Assembly (NCBI GenBank): GCA_964016885.1
Contig: OZ024748.1
Coordinates: forward strand, 41,726,001 to 41,790,000
Source of the DNA: Eledone cirrhosa
Lineage: Eukaryota
Direction of reading: 5' to 3'
Length of the DNA: 64,000 nucleotides
The notes beneath the pieces were generated by a model. It saw nothing but the letters and a program-made list of their open reading frames with translations, had not been told where the DNA came from and did not search any database. Both the position numbers and the translations under genes were made by a program. This document shows positions 1 to 13,900 of this stretch, piece after piece (position 1 is the first letter of the stretch; each line of letters opens with the position of its first letter).

Positions 1-3000
1 CAGAGACAGACAGACGTGAGAAAGACACTAGGACAATTATAGACAGGCGAGAGGGAATGTCAGGTGAGCAGAGACAGACAGACAGACGTGAGAGACACTA
101 GGACAATTAAAGACAAGTGGGGGGAATGTCAGGTGAGCAGAGACAGACAGACGTGAGAGACAGAGTACGACAATTATAGACAGGTGGGGAGAATGTCAGG
201 TGAGCAGAGACAGACAGACATGAGGGAGACACTAGGACAATTATAGACAGGTGACGGGGAATCTCAGGTGAGCAGAGACAGACAGACGTGAGAGAGACAC
301 TAGGACAATTATAGACAGGTGGGGGGAATGTCAGGTGAACAGAGAGAGACAGAAAGACGTGAGAGACAGACCAGGACAATTATAGACAGGTGAGGGGAAA
401 TGTCAGGTGAGCAGAGACAGACAGACGTGAGAGAGACACTAGAACAATTTTAGACAGGTGGGGGGAATGTCAGGTGAGCACAGACAAACAGACGTGAGAG
501 ACACTAGGACAATTAAAGACAAGTGGGGGGAATGTCAGGTAAGCAGAGACAGACAGACGTGAGAGACAGACTAGGACATTTATAGACAGGTGGGGAGAAT
601 GTCAGGTGAGCAGAGACAGAGAGACATGAGGGAGACACTAGGACAATTATAGACAGGTGGGGAGAATGTCAGGTGAGCAGAGACAGACAGACAGACGTGA
701 GGGAGACACTAGGATAATTATAGACAGGTGGGGGGAATGTCAGTTTAGCAGAGACAGACAGAGGAGAGAGAGACACTAGGACAATTATAGAGAGGTGGGG
801 GGAATGTCAGGTGATCAGACACACACAGACAGATGTGAGAGAGCCACTAGGACAATTATAGACAGGTGAGGGTGAATCTCAGGTGAGCAGAAACAGACAG
901 ACAGACGTGAGAGAATCTAGGACAATTATAGACAGGTGAGGGGAATGTCAGGTGTGCAGAGACAGACAGACAGACGTGAGAGAGACACTAGGACAATTAT
1001 AGTCAGTGGAGGGAATGTCAGGTGAGCAGAGACACACAGACAGACATGAGAGACAGACCAGGACAATTATAGACAGGTGAGGGGGAATATCAGATGAGCA
1101 GTGACAGACAGACGTGAGAGAGACACTAGGACAATTATAGACAGGTTGAGGTAATGTCAGGTGAGCAGAGACAGACACAGACGTGAGAGAGACACTAGGA
1201 CAATTATAGACAGGTGGGGTAAATGTCAGGTGAACAGAGACAGACAGACAGACGTGAGAGACAGACCAGGACAATTATAGACAGGTGGGGCGAATGTCAG
1301 GTGAGCAGAGACAGACAGACATGAGGGAGATACTAGGATAATTATAAACAGGTGAGGGGGATTGTCAGGTAAGGAGAGACAGACAGACGTGAGAGAGATA
1401 CTAGGACAAATATAGACAGGTGGAAGGAATGTCAGGTGAGCAGGGACAGACAGACATGAGAGACAGACTAGGACAATTATAGACAGGTGGGGAGAATGTC
1501 AGGTGAACAGAGACAGACAGACGTGAGAGAGACACTAGGACAATTATAGACAGGTGAGAGAAATGTCAGGTGAGCAGAGACAGACAGACAGACGTGAGAG
1601 AGACACTAGGACAATTATAGACAGGTAGAGGGAATGTCAGGTAAGCAGAGACAGACAGACGTGAGAGAGACACTAGGACAACTATAGACAGGTGGGAGAA
1701 TGTCAGGTGAGCAGAGACAGACAGACAGACATGAGAGAGACACTAGGCCAATTATAGACAGGTGGGAGGAATGTCAGGTGAGCAGAGACAAACAGACAGA
1801 CATGAGAGAGACACTATGACAATTATAGACATGTGAGGGGAATGTCAGGTGAACAGAGACAGACAGACGTGAGAGAGATACTAGGACAATTATAGACAGG
1901 TGGGGGAATGTCAGGTGAGCAGAGACAGACAAATGTGAGAGAGAAACTAGGATAATTATAGACAGGTGGGGGGAATGTCAGGTGAGCAGAGACAGACAGA
2001 CGTAAGAGAGAAGTTAGGACAATTATAGACAGGTGGGGGAATGTCAGGTGAGCAGAGACAGACAGACAGACGTGACAACGACCCTAGGATAATTATAGAC
2101 AGGTGGGAGGAATGTCAGGTGAGCAGAGACAGACAGACAGATGTGAGAGAGACAGACAAGGACAATTATAGTCAGGTGGAGGGAATGTCAGGTGAGCAGA
2201 GACAGACAGACAGACGTGAGAGAGACACTAGGACAATTATAGACAGGTGGGGGGAATGTCAGGTGAGCAGAGACAGACAGACAGAGGTGAGAGACTGACC
2301 AGGACAATCATAGACAGGTGAGGGGGAATGTCAGGTGAGCAGAGACAGACAGACGTAAGAGAGAAGTTAGGACAATTATAGACAGGTGGGGGAATATCAG
2401 GTGAGCAGAGACAGCCAGACGTGAGAGAGACACTAGGACAATTATAGACAGGTAGAGGGAATGTCAGGTGAGCAGAGACAGACAGACGTGAGAGAGACAC
2501 TAGGACAATTATAGACAGGTGAGAGGGAATGTCAGGTGAGCAGAGACAGACAGACAGACGTGAGAGAGACACTAGGACAATTATAGACAGGTGGGAGGAA
2601 TGTCAGGTGAGCAGAGACAGACGGACAGATGTGAGAGACAGACCAGGACAATTATAGACAGGTGAGGGGCAATGTCAGGGGAGCAGAGACAGACAGACGT
2701 GAGAGAGACACTACGACAATTATAGAAAGGTGGGGGGAATGTCAGGTGAGCAGAGACAGACGGACAGATGTGAGAGACAGACCAGGACAATTATAGACAG
2801 GTGAGGGGCAATGTCAGGGGAGCAGAGACAGACAGACGTGAGAGAGACACTAGGACTATTATAGACAGGTGTGGGAATGTCAGGTGAGCAGAGACAGACA
2901 GACAGACGTGACAACGACACTAGGACAATTATAGACAGGTGGGAGGAATGTCAGGTGAGCCGAGACAGACAGACGTGAGGGAGACACTAGGACAATTATA

Positions 3001-6000
3001 GACAGGTGGGAGGAATGTCAGGTGAGCAGACACATACAGACAGACGTGAGAGAGACACTAGGAAAATTATAGTCAGGTGGGGGGAATGTCAGGTGAGCAG
3101 AGACAGAGAGACGTGACAACGACACTAGGACAATTATAGACAGGTGGGAGGAATGTCAGGTGAGCTGAGACAGACAGACAGATGTGAGAGAGACACTAGG
3201 ACAATTATAGACAGGTGGCGGTAATGTCAGGTGAGCAGAGACAGACACTAGGACAATTATAGACAGGTGGGGGGAATGTCAGGTGAGCAGAGACAGACAG
3301 ACAGATGTGAGAGACAGACCAGGACAATTATAGACAGGCGAGGGGGAATGTCAGGTGAGCAGAGACAGACAGACATGAGAGAGACACTAGGACAATTATA
3401 GACAGGTGAGGGTGAATGTCAGGTGAGCAGAGACAGACAGACGTGAGAGAGACACTAGGACAATTATAGACAGATGAGGGGGAAAGTCAGGTGAGCAGAG
3501 ACAGACAGACAAACTTGAGAGAGACACTAGGACAATTATAGACAGGTGAGAGGGAATGTCAGGTGAGCAGAGACAGACAGCCAGACGTGAGAGAGACACT
3601 AGGACAATTATAGACAGGTGGGAGGAATGTCAGGTGAGCAGAGACAGACAGACGTGAGAGACACTACGACAATTATAGACAGGTGGGGGGAATGTCAGGT
3701 GAGCAGAGACAGACAGACATGGGAGAGACACTAGGACAATTATAGACAGGTGGGGGGAATGTCAGGTGAGCAGAGACAGACAGACAGACGTGAGAGACAC
3801 TAGGACAATTAAATACAAGTGGGGGGAATGTCAGGTGAGCAGGGACAGACAGACGTGAGAGAGACACTAGGACAATTTTAGACAGGTGGGGGGAATGTCA
3901 GGTGAGCAGAGACAGACAGACGTGAGAGACAGACTAGGACATTTATAGACAGGTGGGGAGAATGTCAGGTGAGCAGAGACAGACAGACGTGAGAGAGACA
4001 CTAGGACAATTATAGACAGGTGAGGGGGAATGTCAGGTGAGCAGAGACAGACAGACGTGAGAGAGACACTAGGACAATTATAGACAGGTGTGAGAAATGT
4101 CAGGTGAGCAGAGACAGACAGACAGACGTGAGAGAGACACTAGGACATTTATAGACAGGTGAGGGGGAAAGTCAGGTGAGCAAAGAAAGACAGACAGACA
4201 TGAGAGAGACACTAGGACAATTATAGACAGGTGAGGGGGAATGTCAGGTGACCAGAGACAGACAGACGTGAGAAAGACACTAGGACAATTATAGACAGGC
4301 GAGAGGGAATGTCAGGTGAGCAGAGACAGACAGACAGACGTGAGAGACACTAGGACAATTAAAGACAAGTGGGGGGAATGTCAGGTGAGCAGAGACAGAC
4401 AGACGTGAGAGACAGAGTACGACAATTATAGACAGGTGGGGAGAATGTCAGGTGAACAGAGAGAGACAGACAGACGTGAGAGAGACACTAGGACAATTAT
4501 AGACAGGTGGGGGGAATGTCAGGTGAACAGAGAGAGACAGAAAGACGTGAGAGACAGACCAGGACAATTATAGACAGGTGAGGGGAAATGTCAGGTGAGC
4601 AGAGACAGACAGACGTGAGAGAGACACTAGAACAATTTTAGACAGGTGGGGGGAATGTCAGGTGAGCACAGACAAACAGACGTGAGAGACACTAGGACAA
4701 TTAAAGACAAGTGGGGGGAATGTCAGGTGAGCAGAGACAGACAGACGTGAGAGACAGACTAGGACATTTATAGACAGGTGGGGAGAATGTCAGGTGAGCA
4801 GAGACAGAGAGCCATGAGGGAGACACTGGGACAATTATAGACAGGTGACGGGGAATCTCAGGTGAGCAGAGACAGACAGACATGAGAGAGTCACTAGGAC
4901 AATTATAGACAGGTGGGGAGAATGTCAGGTGAGCAGAGACAGACAGACAGACGTGAGGGAGACACTAGGATAATTATAGACAGGTGGGGGGAATGTCAGT
5001 TTAGCAGAGACAGACAGAGGAGAGAGAGACACTAGGACAATTATAGAGAGGTGGGGGGAATGTCAGGTGATCAGACACACACAGACAGATGTGAGAGAGC
5101 CACTAGGACAATTATAGACAGGTGAGGGTGAATCTCAGGTGAGCAGAAACAGACAGACAGACGTGAGAGAATCTAGGACAATTATAGACAGGTGAGGGGA
5201 ATGTCAGGTGTGCAGAGACAGACAGGCAGATGTGAGAGAGACACTAGGACAATTATAGACAGGTGGGAGTATCAGGTGAGCAGAGACAGACACACAGACG
5301 TGAGAGAGACACTAGGACAATTATAGACAGGTGGGGGGAATGTCAGGTGAGCAGAGACAGACATACAGATGTGAGAGACAGACCAGGACAATTATAGACA
5401 GGTGAGCAGAGACAGACAAACAGACATGAGAGAGACACTAGGCCAATTATAGACAGGTGGGAGGAATGTCAGGTGAGCAGAGACAAACAGACAGACATGA
5501 GAGAGACACTATGACAATTATAGACATGTGAAGGGAATGTCAGGTGAACAGAGACAGACAGACGTGAGAGAGACACTAGGACAATTATAGACAAGTGGGG
5601 GAATGTCAGGTGAGCAGAGACAGACAAATGTGAGAGAGAAACTAGGATAATTATAGACAGGTGGGGGGAATGTCAGGTGAGCAGAGACAGACAGACGTAA
5701 GAGAGAAGTTAGGACAATTATAGACAGGTGGGGGAATGTCAGGTGAGCAGAGACAGACAGACAGACGTGACAACGACACTAGGATAATTATAGACGGGTG
5801 GGAGGAATGTCAGGTGAGCAGAGACAGACAGACAGACGTGAGAGAGACACTGGGACAATTATAGTCAGGTGGAGGGAATGTCAGGTGAGCAGAGACAGAC
5901 AGACAGACGTGAGAGAGACACTAGGACAATTATAGACAGGTGGGGGGAATGTCAGGTGAGCAGAGACAGACAGACAGAGGTGAGAGACAGACCAGGACAA

Positions 6001-7900
6001 TCATAGACAGGTGAGGGGGAACGTCAGGTGAGCAGAGACAGACAGACGTGATAGAGACACTAGGACAATTATAGACAGGTGGGGGAATGTCAGGTGAGCA
6101 GAGACAGACAGACGTGACAACGACACTAGGACAATTATAGACAGGTGAGGGGGAAAGTCAGGTGAGCAGAGACAGACAGACAGACATGAGAGAGACACTA
6201 GGACAATTATAGACAGGTGAGAGGGAATATCAGGTGAGCAGAGACAGCCAGACGTGAGAGAGACACTAGGACAATTATAGACAGGTGAGAGGGAATGTCA
6301 GGTGAGCAGAGACAGACAGACAGACGTGAGAGAGACACTAGGACAATTATAGACAGGCGGGAGGAATGTCAGGTGAGCAGAGACAGACGGACAGATGTTT
6401 GAGACAGACCAGGACAATTATAGACAGGTGAGGGGCAATGTCAGGGGAGCAGAGACAGACAGACGTGAGAGAGACACTACGACAATTATAGAAAGGTGGG
6501 GGGAATGTCAGGTGAGCAGAGACAGACGGACAGATGTGAGAGACAGACCAGGACAATTATAGACAGGTGAGGGGCAATGTCAGGGGAGCAGAGACAGACA
6601 GACGTGAGAGAGACACTAGGACTATTATAGACAGGTGGGGGAATGTCAGGTGAGCAGAGACAGACAGACAGACGTGACAACCACACTAGGACAATTATAG
6701 ACAGGTGGGAGGAATGTCAGGTGAGCCGAGACAGACAGACGTGAGGGAGACACTAGGACAATTATAGACAGGTGGGAGGAATGTCAGGTGAGCAGAGACA
6801 TACAGACAGACGTGAGAGAGACACTAGGAAAATTATAGTCAGGTGGGGGGAATGTCAGGTGAGCAGAGACAGAGAGACGTGACAACGACACTAGGACAAT
6901 TATAGACAGGTGGGAGGAATGTCAGGTGAGCTGAGACAGACAGACAGATGTGAGAGAGACACTAGGACAATTATAGACAGGTGGCGGTAATGTCAGGTGA
7001 GCAGAGACAGACACACAGACGTGAGAGAGACACTAGGACAATTATAGACAGGTGGGGGGAATGTCAGGTGAGCAGAGACAGACAGACAGATGTGAGAGAC
7101 AGACCAGGACAATTACAGACAGGCGAGGGGGAATGTCAGGTGAGCAGAGACAGACAGACATGAGAGAGACACTAGGACAATTATAGACAGGTGAGGGGGA
7201 ATGTCAGGTGAGCAGAGACAGACAGACGTGAGAGAGACACTAGGACAATTATAGACAGATGAGGGGGAAAGTCAGGTGAGCAGAGACAGACAGACAAACT
7301 TGAGAGAGACACTAGGACAATTATAGACAGGTGAGAGGGAATGTCAGGTGAGCAGAGACAGACAGCCAGACGTGAGAGAGACACTAGGACAATTATAGAC
7401 AGGTGGGAGGAATGTCAGGTGAGCAGAGACAGACAGACGTGAGAGACACTACGACAATTATAGACAGGTGGGGGGAATGTCAGGTGAGCAGAGACAGACA
7501 GACATGAGCGAGACACTAGGACAATTATAGACAGGTGGGGGGAATGTCAGGTGAGCAGAGACAGACAGACAGACGTGAGAGACACTAGGACAATTAAAGA
7601 CAAGTGGGGGGAATGTCAGGTGAGCAGAGACAGACAGACGTGAGAGAGACACTAGGACAATTTTAGACAGGTGGGGGGAATGTCAGGTGAGCAGAGACAG
7701 ACAGACGTGAGAGACAGACTAGGACATTTATAGACAGGTGGGGAGAATGTCAGGTGAGCAGAGACAGACAGACATGAGGGAGACACTAGGACAATTATAG
7801 ACAGGTGACGGGGAATCTCAGGTGAGCAGAGACAGACAGACGTGAGAGAGACACTGGGACAATTATAGACAGGTGGGGGGAATGTCAGGTGAGCAGAAAC
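1..7900 (+). repeat. Degenerate ~3.7-4.25 kb duplication (about 1-4250 versus 4253-7900)
   Basis: CGTGAGAAAGAC at 15/4267 (offset 4252); GAGCCACTAG at 841/5097 (4256); GGCCAATT at 1746/5441 (3695); ORF pairs 2581/6347 (3766) and 3396/7181 (3785). Confidence 0.8.
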
Positions 7901-10900
7901 GGACAGACAGATGTGAGAGAATCTACGACAATTATAGACAGGTGAGAGGAATGTCAGGTGTGCAGTGACAGACAGACAGATGTGAGAGAGACACTAGGAC
8001 AATAGACAGGTGGGAGGAATATCAGGTGAGCAGAGACAGACAGACAGACGTGAGAGAGACACTAGGACAATTATAGACAGGTGGGGGAATGTCAGGTGTG
8101 CGAAGACAGACAGACAGACGCGAGAGAGAGACTAGGACAATTATAGACAGGTGAGGGGGAATATCAGATTAGCAGAGACACTAGGACAATTATAGACAGG
8201 TTGAGGTAATGTCAGATGAGCAGAGACAGACACACAGACGTGAGAGAGACACTAGGACAATTAGAGACAGGTAGGGGGAATGTCAGGTGAACAGAGACAG
8301 ACAGACAGACGTGAGAGACAGACCAGGACAATTATAGACAGGTGGGGGGAATGTCAGATGAGCAGAGACAGACAGACATGAGGGAGATACTAGGATAATT
8401 ATAGACAGGTGAGGGGGATTGTCAGGTAAGCAGAGACAGACAGACGTGAGAGAGACACTAGGACAAATATAGACAGGTGGAAGGAATGTCAGGTGAGCAT
8501 GGACAGACAGACGTGAAAGACAGACTAGGACAATTAAAGACGGGTGAGGGGGAATGTCAGGTGAGCAGAGACAGACAGACGTGAGAGAGACACTAGGACA
8601 ATTTTAGACAGGTGGGAGAAATGTCAGGTGAGCAGAGACAGACAGACAGACGTGAGTGAGACACTAGGACAATTATAGACAGGTAGAGGGAATGTCAGGT
8701 GAGCAGAGACGGACAGCCAGACGTGAGAGAGACACTAGGACAATTATAGACAGGTAGAGGGAATGTCAGGTGAGTAGAGACAGACAGACGTGAGAGACAG
8801 ACTAGGACAATTATAGACAGTTGGGGAGAATGTCAGGTGAGCAGAGACAGACAGACATGAGGGAGACACTAGGACAATTATAGACAGGTGACGGGGAATC
8901 TCAAGTGAGCAGAGACAGACAGACGTGAGAGAGACACTAGGACAATTATAGACAGGTGGGGGGAATGTCAGGTGAACAGAGACAGACGTGAGAGACAGAC
9001 CAGGACAATTATAGACAGGTGAGGGGGAATGTCAGGTGAGCAGAGACAGACAGACGTGAGAGAGACACTAGGACAATTTTAGACAGGTGGGGTGAATGTC
9101 AGGTGAGCAGAGACAGACAGACGTGAGAGAGACGCTAGGACAATTATAGACAGGTGGGGAGAATGTCAGATGAGCAGAGACGGACAGCCAGACGTGAGAG
9201 AGACACTAGGACAATTATAGACAGGTAGAGGGAATGTCAGGTGAGCAGAGACAGACAGACGTGAGAGAGACACTACGACAATTATAGACAGGTGGGGGGA
9301 ATGTCAGGTGAGCAGAGACAGACAGACATGAGAGAGACACTAGGACAATTACAGACAGGTGGGGGGAATGTCAGGTGAGCAGAGACAGACAGACAGACGT
9401 GAGAGACACTAGGACAATTATAGACAGGTAGAGGGAATGTCAGGTGAGCAGAGACAGACAGACGTGAGAGAGGCACTACGACAATTATAGACAGGTGGGG
9501 GGAATGTCAGGTGAGCAGAGACAGACAGACGTGAGAGAGACACTAGGACAATTTTAGACAGGTAGGGGGAATGTCAGGTGAGCAGAGACAGACAGACGTG
9601 AGAGACAGACTAGGACATTTATAGACAGGTGGGGAGAATGTCAGGTGAGCAGAGACAGACAGACATGAGGGAGACACTAGGACAATTATAGACAGGTGGG
9701 GAGAATGTCAGGTGAGCAGAAACGGACAGACAGATGTGAGAGAATCTACGACAATTATAGACAGGTGAGGGGAATGTCAGGTGTGCAGTGACAGACAGAC
9801 AGATGTGAGAGAGACACTAGGACAATAGACAGGTGGGAGGAATATCAGGTGAGCAGAGACAGACAGACAGACGTGAGAGAGACACTAGGACAATTATAGA
9901 CAGGTGGGGGAATGTCAGGTGTGCGAAGACAGACAGACAGACGCGAGAGAGAGACTAGGACAATTATAGACAGGTGAGGGGGAATATCAGATTAGCAGAG
10001 ACACTAGGACAATTATAGACAGGTTGAGGTAATGTCAGATGAGCAGAAACAGACACACAGACGTGAGAGAGACACTAGGACAATTAGAGACAGGTAGGGG
10101 GAATGTCAGGTGAACAGAGACAGACAGACAGACGTGAGAGACAGACCAGGACTATTATAGACAGGTGGGGGGAATGTCAGATGAGCAGAGACAGACAGAC
10201 ATGAGGGAGATACTAGGATAATTATAGACAGGTGAGGGGGATTGTCAGGTAAGCAGAGACAGACAGACGTGAGAGAGACACTCGGACAAATATATACAGG
10301 TGGAAGGAATGTCAGGTGAGCATGGACAGACAGACGTGAGAGACAGACTAGGACAATTAAAGACGGGTGAGGGGGAATGTCAGGTGAGCAGAGACAGACA
10401 GACGTGAGAGAGACACTAGGACAATTATAGACAGGTAGAGGGAATGTCAGGTGAGCAGAGACGGACAGCCAGACGTGAGAGAGACACGAGGACAATTATA
10501 GACAGGTAGAGGGAATGTCAGGTGAGTAAAGACAGACAGACGTGAGAGACAGACTAGGACAATTATAGACAGTTGGGGAGAATGTCAGGTGAGCAGAGAC
10601 AGACAGACATGAGGGAGACACTAGGACAATTATAGACAGGTGACGGGGTATCTCAAGTGAGCAGAGACAGACAGACGTGAGAGAGACACTAGGACAATTA
10701 TAGACAGGTGGGGGGAATGTCAGGTGAACAGAGACAGACAGACAGACGTGAGAGACAGACCAGGACAATTATAGACAGGTGAGGGGGAATGTCAGGTGAG
10801 CAGAGACAGACAGACGTGAGAGAGACACTAGGACAATTTTAGACAGGTGGGGTGAATGTCAGTTGAGCAGAGACAGACAGACGTGAGAGAGACGCTAGGA

Positions 10901-13900
10901 CAATTATAGACAGGTGGGGAGAATGTCAGGTGAGCAGAGACGGACAGCCAGACGTGAGAGAGACACTAGGACGATTATAGACAGGTAGAGGGAATGTCAG
11001 GTGAGTAGAGACAGACAGACGTGAGAGACAGACTAGGACAATTATAGACAGGTGGGGAGAATGTCAGGTGAGCAGAGACAGACAGACATGAGGGAGACAC
11101 TAGGACAATTATAGACAGGTGGGGGGAATGTCAGGTGAGCAGAAACAGAGAGACATGAGAGAGACACTAGGACAATTATAGTCAGGTGGAGGGAATGTCA
11201 GGTGAGCAGAGACAGACAGACAGACGTGAGAGAGACACTAGGACAATTATAAACAGGTGGAGGTAATGTCAGGTGGGCAGAGACAGACACACAGACGTGA
11301 GAGAGACACTAGGATAATTATAGACAGGTGGGGGGAATGTCAGTTTAGCAGAGACAGACAGACAGACGTGAGAGAAACTAGGACAATTATAGACAGGTGG
11401 GAGGAATGTCAGGTGAGCAGAGACAGACAGACAGACGAGAGAGAGACACTAGGACAATTATAGACAGGAGGGGGGAATGTCACGTGAGCAGAGACAGACA
11501 GACAGATGTGAGAGACAGACCAGGACAATTATAGACAGGTGAGGGGGAATGTCAGGTGAGCAGAGACAGACAGACGTGAGAGAGACACTAGGACAATTAT
11601 AGACAGGTGGGGGAATGTCAGGTGAGCAGAGACAGACAGACGTGAGAGAGACACTAGGACAATTATAGACAGGTGGGGGGAATGTCAGGTGAACAGAGAC
11701 AGACAGACAGACGTGAGAGACAGACCAGGACAATTATAGATAGGTGGGGCGAATGTCAGGTGAGCAGAGACAGACAGACATGAGGGAGATACTAGGATAA
11801 TTATAGACAGGTGAGGGGGATTGTCAGGTAAGCAGAGACGTACAGACGTGAGAGAGACACTAGGACAAATATAGACAGGTGGAAGGAATGTCAGGTGAGC
11901 AGGGACAGACAGACATGAGAGACAGACTCGGACAATTATAGACAGGTGGGGAGAATGTCAGGTGAGCAGAGACAGACAGACGTGAGAGAGACACTAGGAC
12001 AAGTATAGACAGGTGAGAGAAATGTCAGGTGAGCAGAGACAGACAGACAGACGTGAGAGAGACACTAGGACAATTATAGACAGGTGGGGGGAATGTCAGT
12101 TGAACAGAGACAGACACACAGACGTGAAAGAGACACTCGGACAATTATAGACAGGTGGGGGGAATGTCAGGTGAGCAGAGACAGATAGACGTGAGAGAGA
12201 AGTTAGGACAATTATAGACAGGTGGGGGAATGTCAGGTGAGCAGAGACAGACAGACAGACGTGACATCGACACTAGGACAATTATAGACAGGTGGGAGGA
12301 ATGTCAGGTGAGCAGAGACAGACAGACAGACGTGACAACCACACTAGGACAATTATAGACAGGTGGGAGGAATGTCAGGTGAGCCGAGACAGACAGACGT
12401 GAGGGAGACACTAGGACAATTATAGACAGGTGGGAGGAATGTCAGGTGAGCAGAGACATACAGACAGACGTGAGAGAGACACTAGGAAAATTATAGTCAG
12501 GTGGGGGGAATGTCAGGTGAGCAGAGACAGAGAGACGTGACAACGACACTAGGACAATTATAGACAGGTGGGAGGAATGTCAGGTGAGCTGAGACAGACA
12601 GACAGATGTGAGAGAGACACTAGGACAATTATAGACAGGTGGCGGTAATGTCAGGTGAGCAGAGACAGACACACAGACGTGAGAGAGACACTAGGACAAT
12701 TATAGACAGGTGGGGGGAATGTCAGGTGAGCAGAGACAGACAGACAGATGTGAGAGACAGACCAGGACAATTACAGACAGGCGAGGGGGAATGTCAGGTG
12801 AGCAGAGACAGACAGACATGAGAGAGACACTAGGACAATTATAGACAGGTGAGGGGGAATGTCAGGTGAGCAGAGACAGACAGACGTGAGAGAGACACTA
12901 GGACAATTATAGACAGATGAGGGGGAAAGTCAGGTGAGCAGAGACAGACAGACAAACTTGAGAGAGACACTAGGACAATTATAGACAGGTGAGAGGGAAT
13001 GTCAGGTGAGCAGAGACAGACAGCCAGACGTGAGAGAGACACTAGGACAATTATAGACAGGTGGGAGGAATGTCAGGTGAGCAGAGACAGACAGACGTGA
13101 GAGACACTACGACAATTATAGACAGGTGGGGGGAATGTCAGGTGAGCAGAGACAGACAGACATGAATGAGACACTAGGACAATTATAGACAGGTGGGGGG
13201 AATGTCAGGTGAGCAGAGACAGACAGACAGACGTGAGAGACACTAGGACAATTAAAGACAAGTGGGGGGAATGTCAGGTGAGCAGAGACAGACAGACGTG
13301 AGAGAGACACTAGGACAATTTTAGACAGGTGGGGGGAATGTCAGGTGAGCAGAGACAGACAGACGTGAGAGACAGACTAGGACATTTATAGACAGGTGGG
13401 GAGAATGTCAGGTGAGCAGAGACAGACAGACATGAGGGAGACACTAGGACAATTATAGACAGGTGACGGGGAATCTCAGGTGAGCAGAGACAGACAGACG
13501 TGAGAGAGACACTGGGACAATTATAGACAGGTGGGGGGAATGTCAGGTGAGCAGAAACGGACAGACAGACGTGAGAGAATCTACGACAATTATAGACAGG
13601 TGAGAGGAATGTCAGGTGTGCAGTGACAGACAGACAGATGTGAGAGAGACACTAGGACAATAGACAGGTGGGAGGAATATCAGGTGAGCAGAGACAGACA
13701 GACAGACGTGAGAGAGACACTAGGACAATTATAGACAGGTGGGGGAATGTCAGGTGTGCGAAGACAGACAGACAGACGCGAGAGAGAGACTAGGACAATT
13801 ATAGACAGGTGAGGGGGAATATCAGATTAGCAGAGACACTAGGACAATTATAGACAGGTTGAGGTAATGTCAGATGAGCAGAGACAGACACACAGACGTG

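Noticed and set aside
1622-1628. CAGGTAG (Zelda/TAGteam motif) in the GTAGAGGGAA variant
   Set aside because: It is a single substitution of CAGGTGG in a minority of monomers, and the CpG decay argues against a Drosophila origin.
2010-2020. TTAGG telomere-like pentamer in the GAAGTTAGG variant
   Set aside because: It occurs as isolated single copies derived from CTAGG by one substitution, with no tandem telomeric run.
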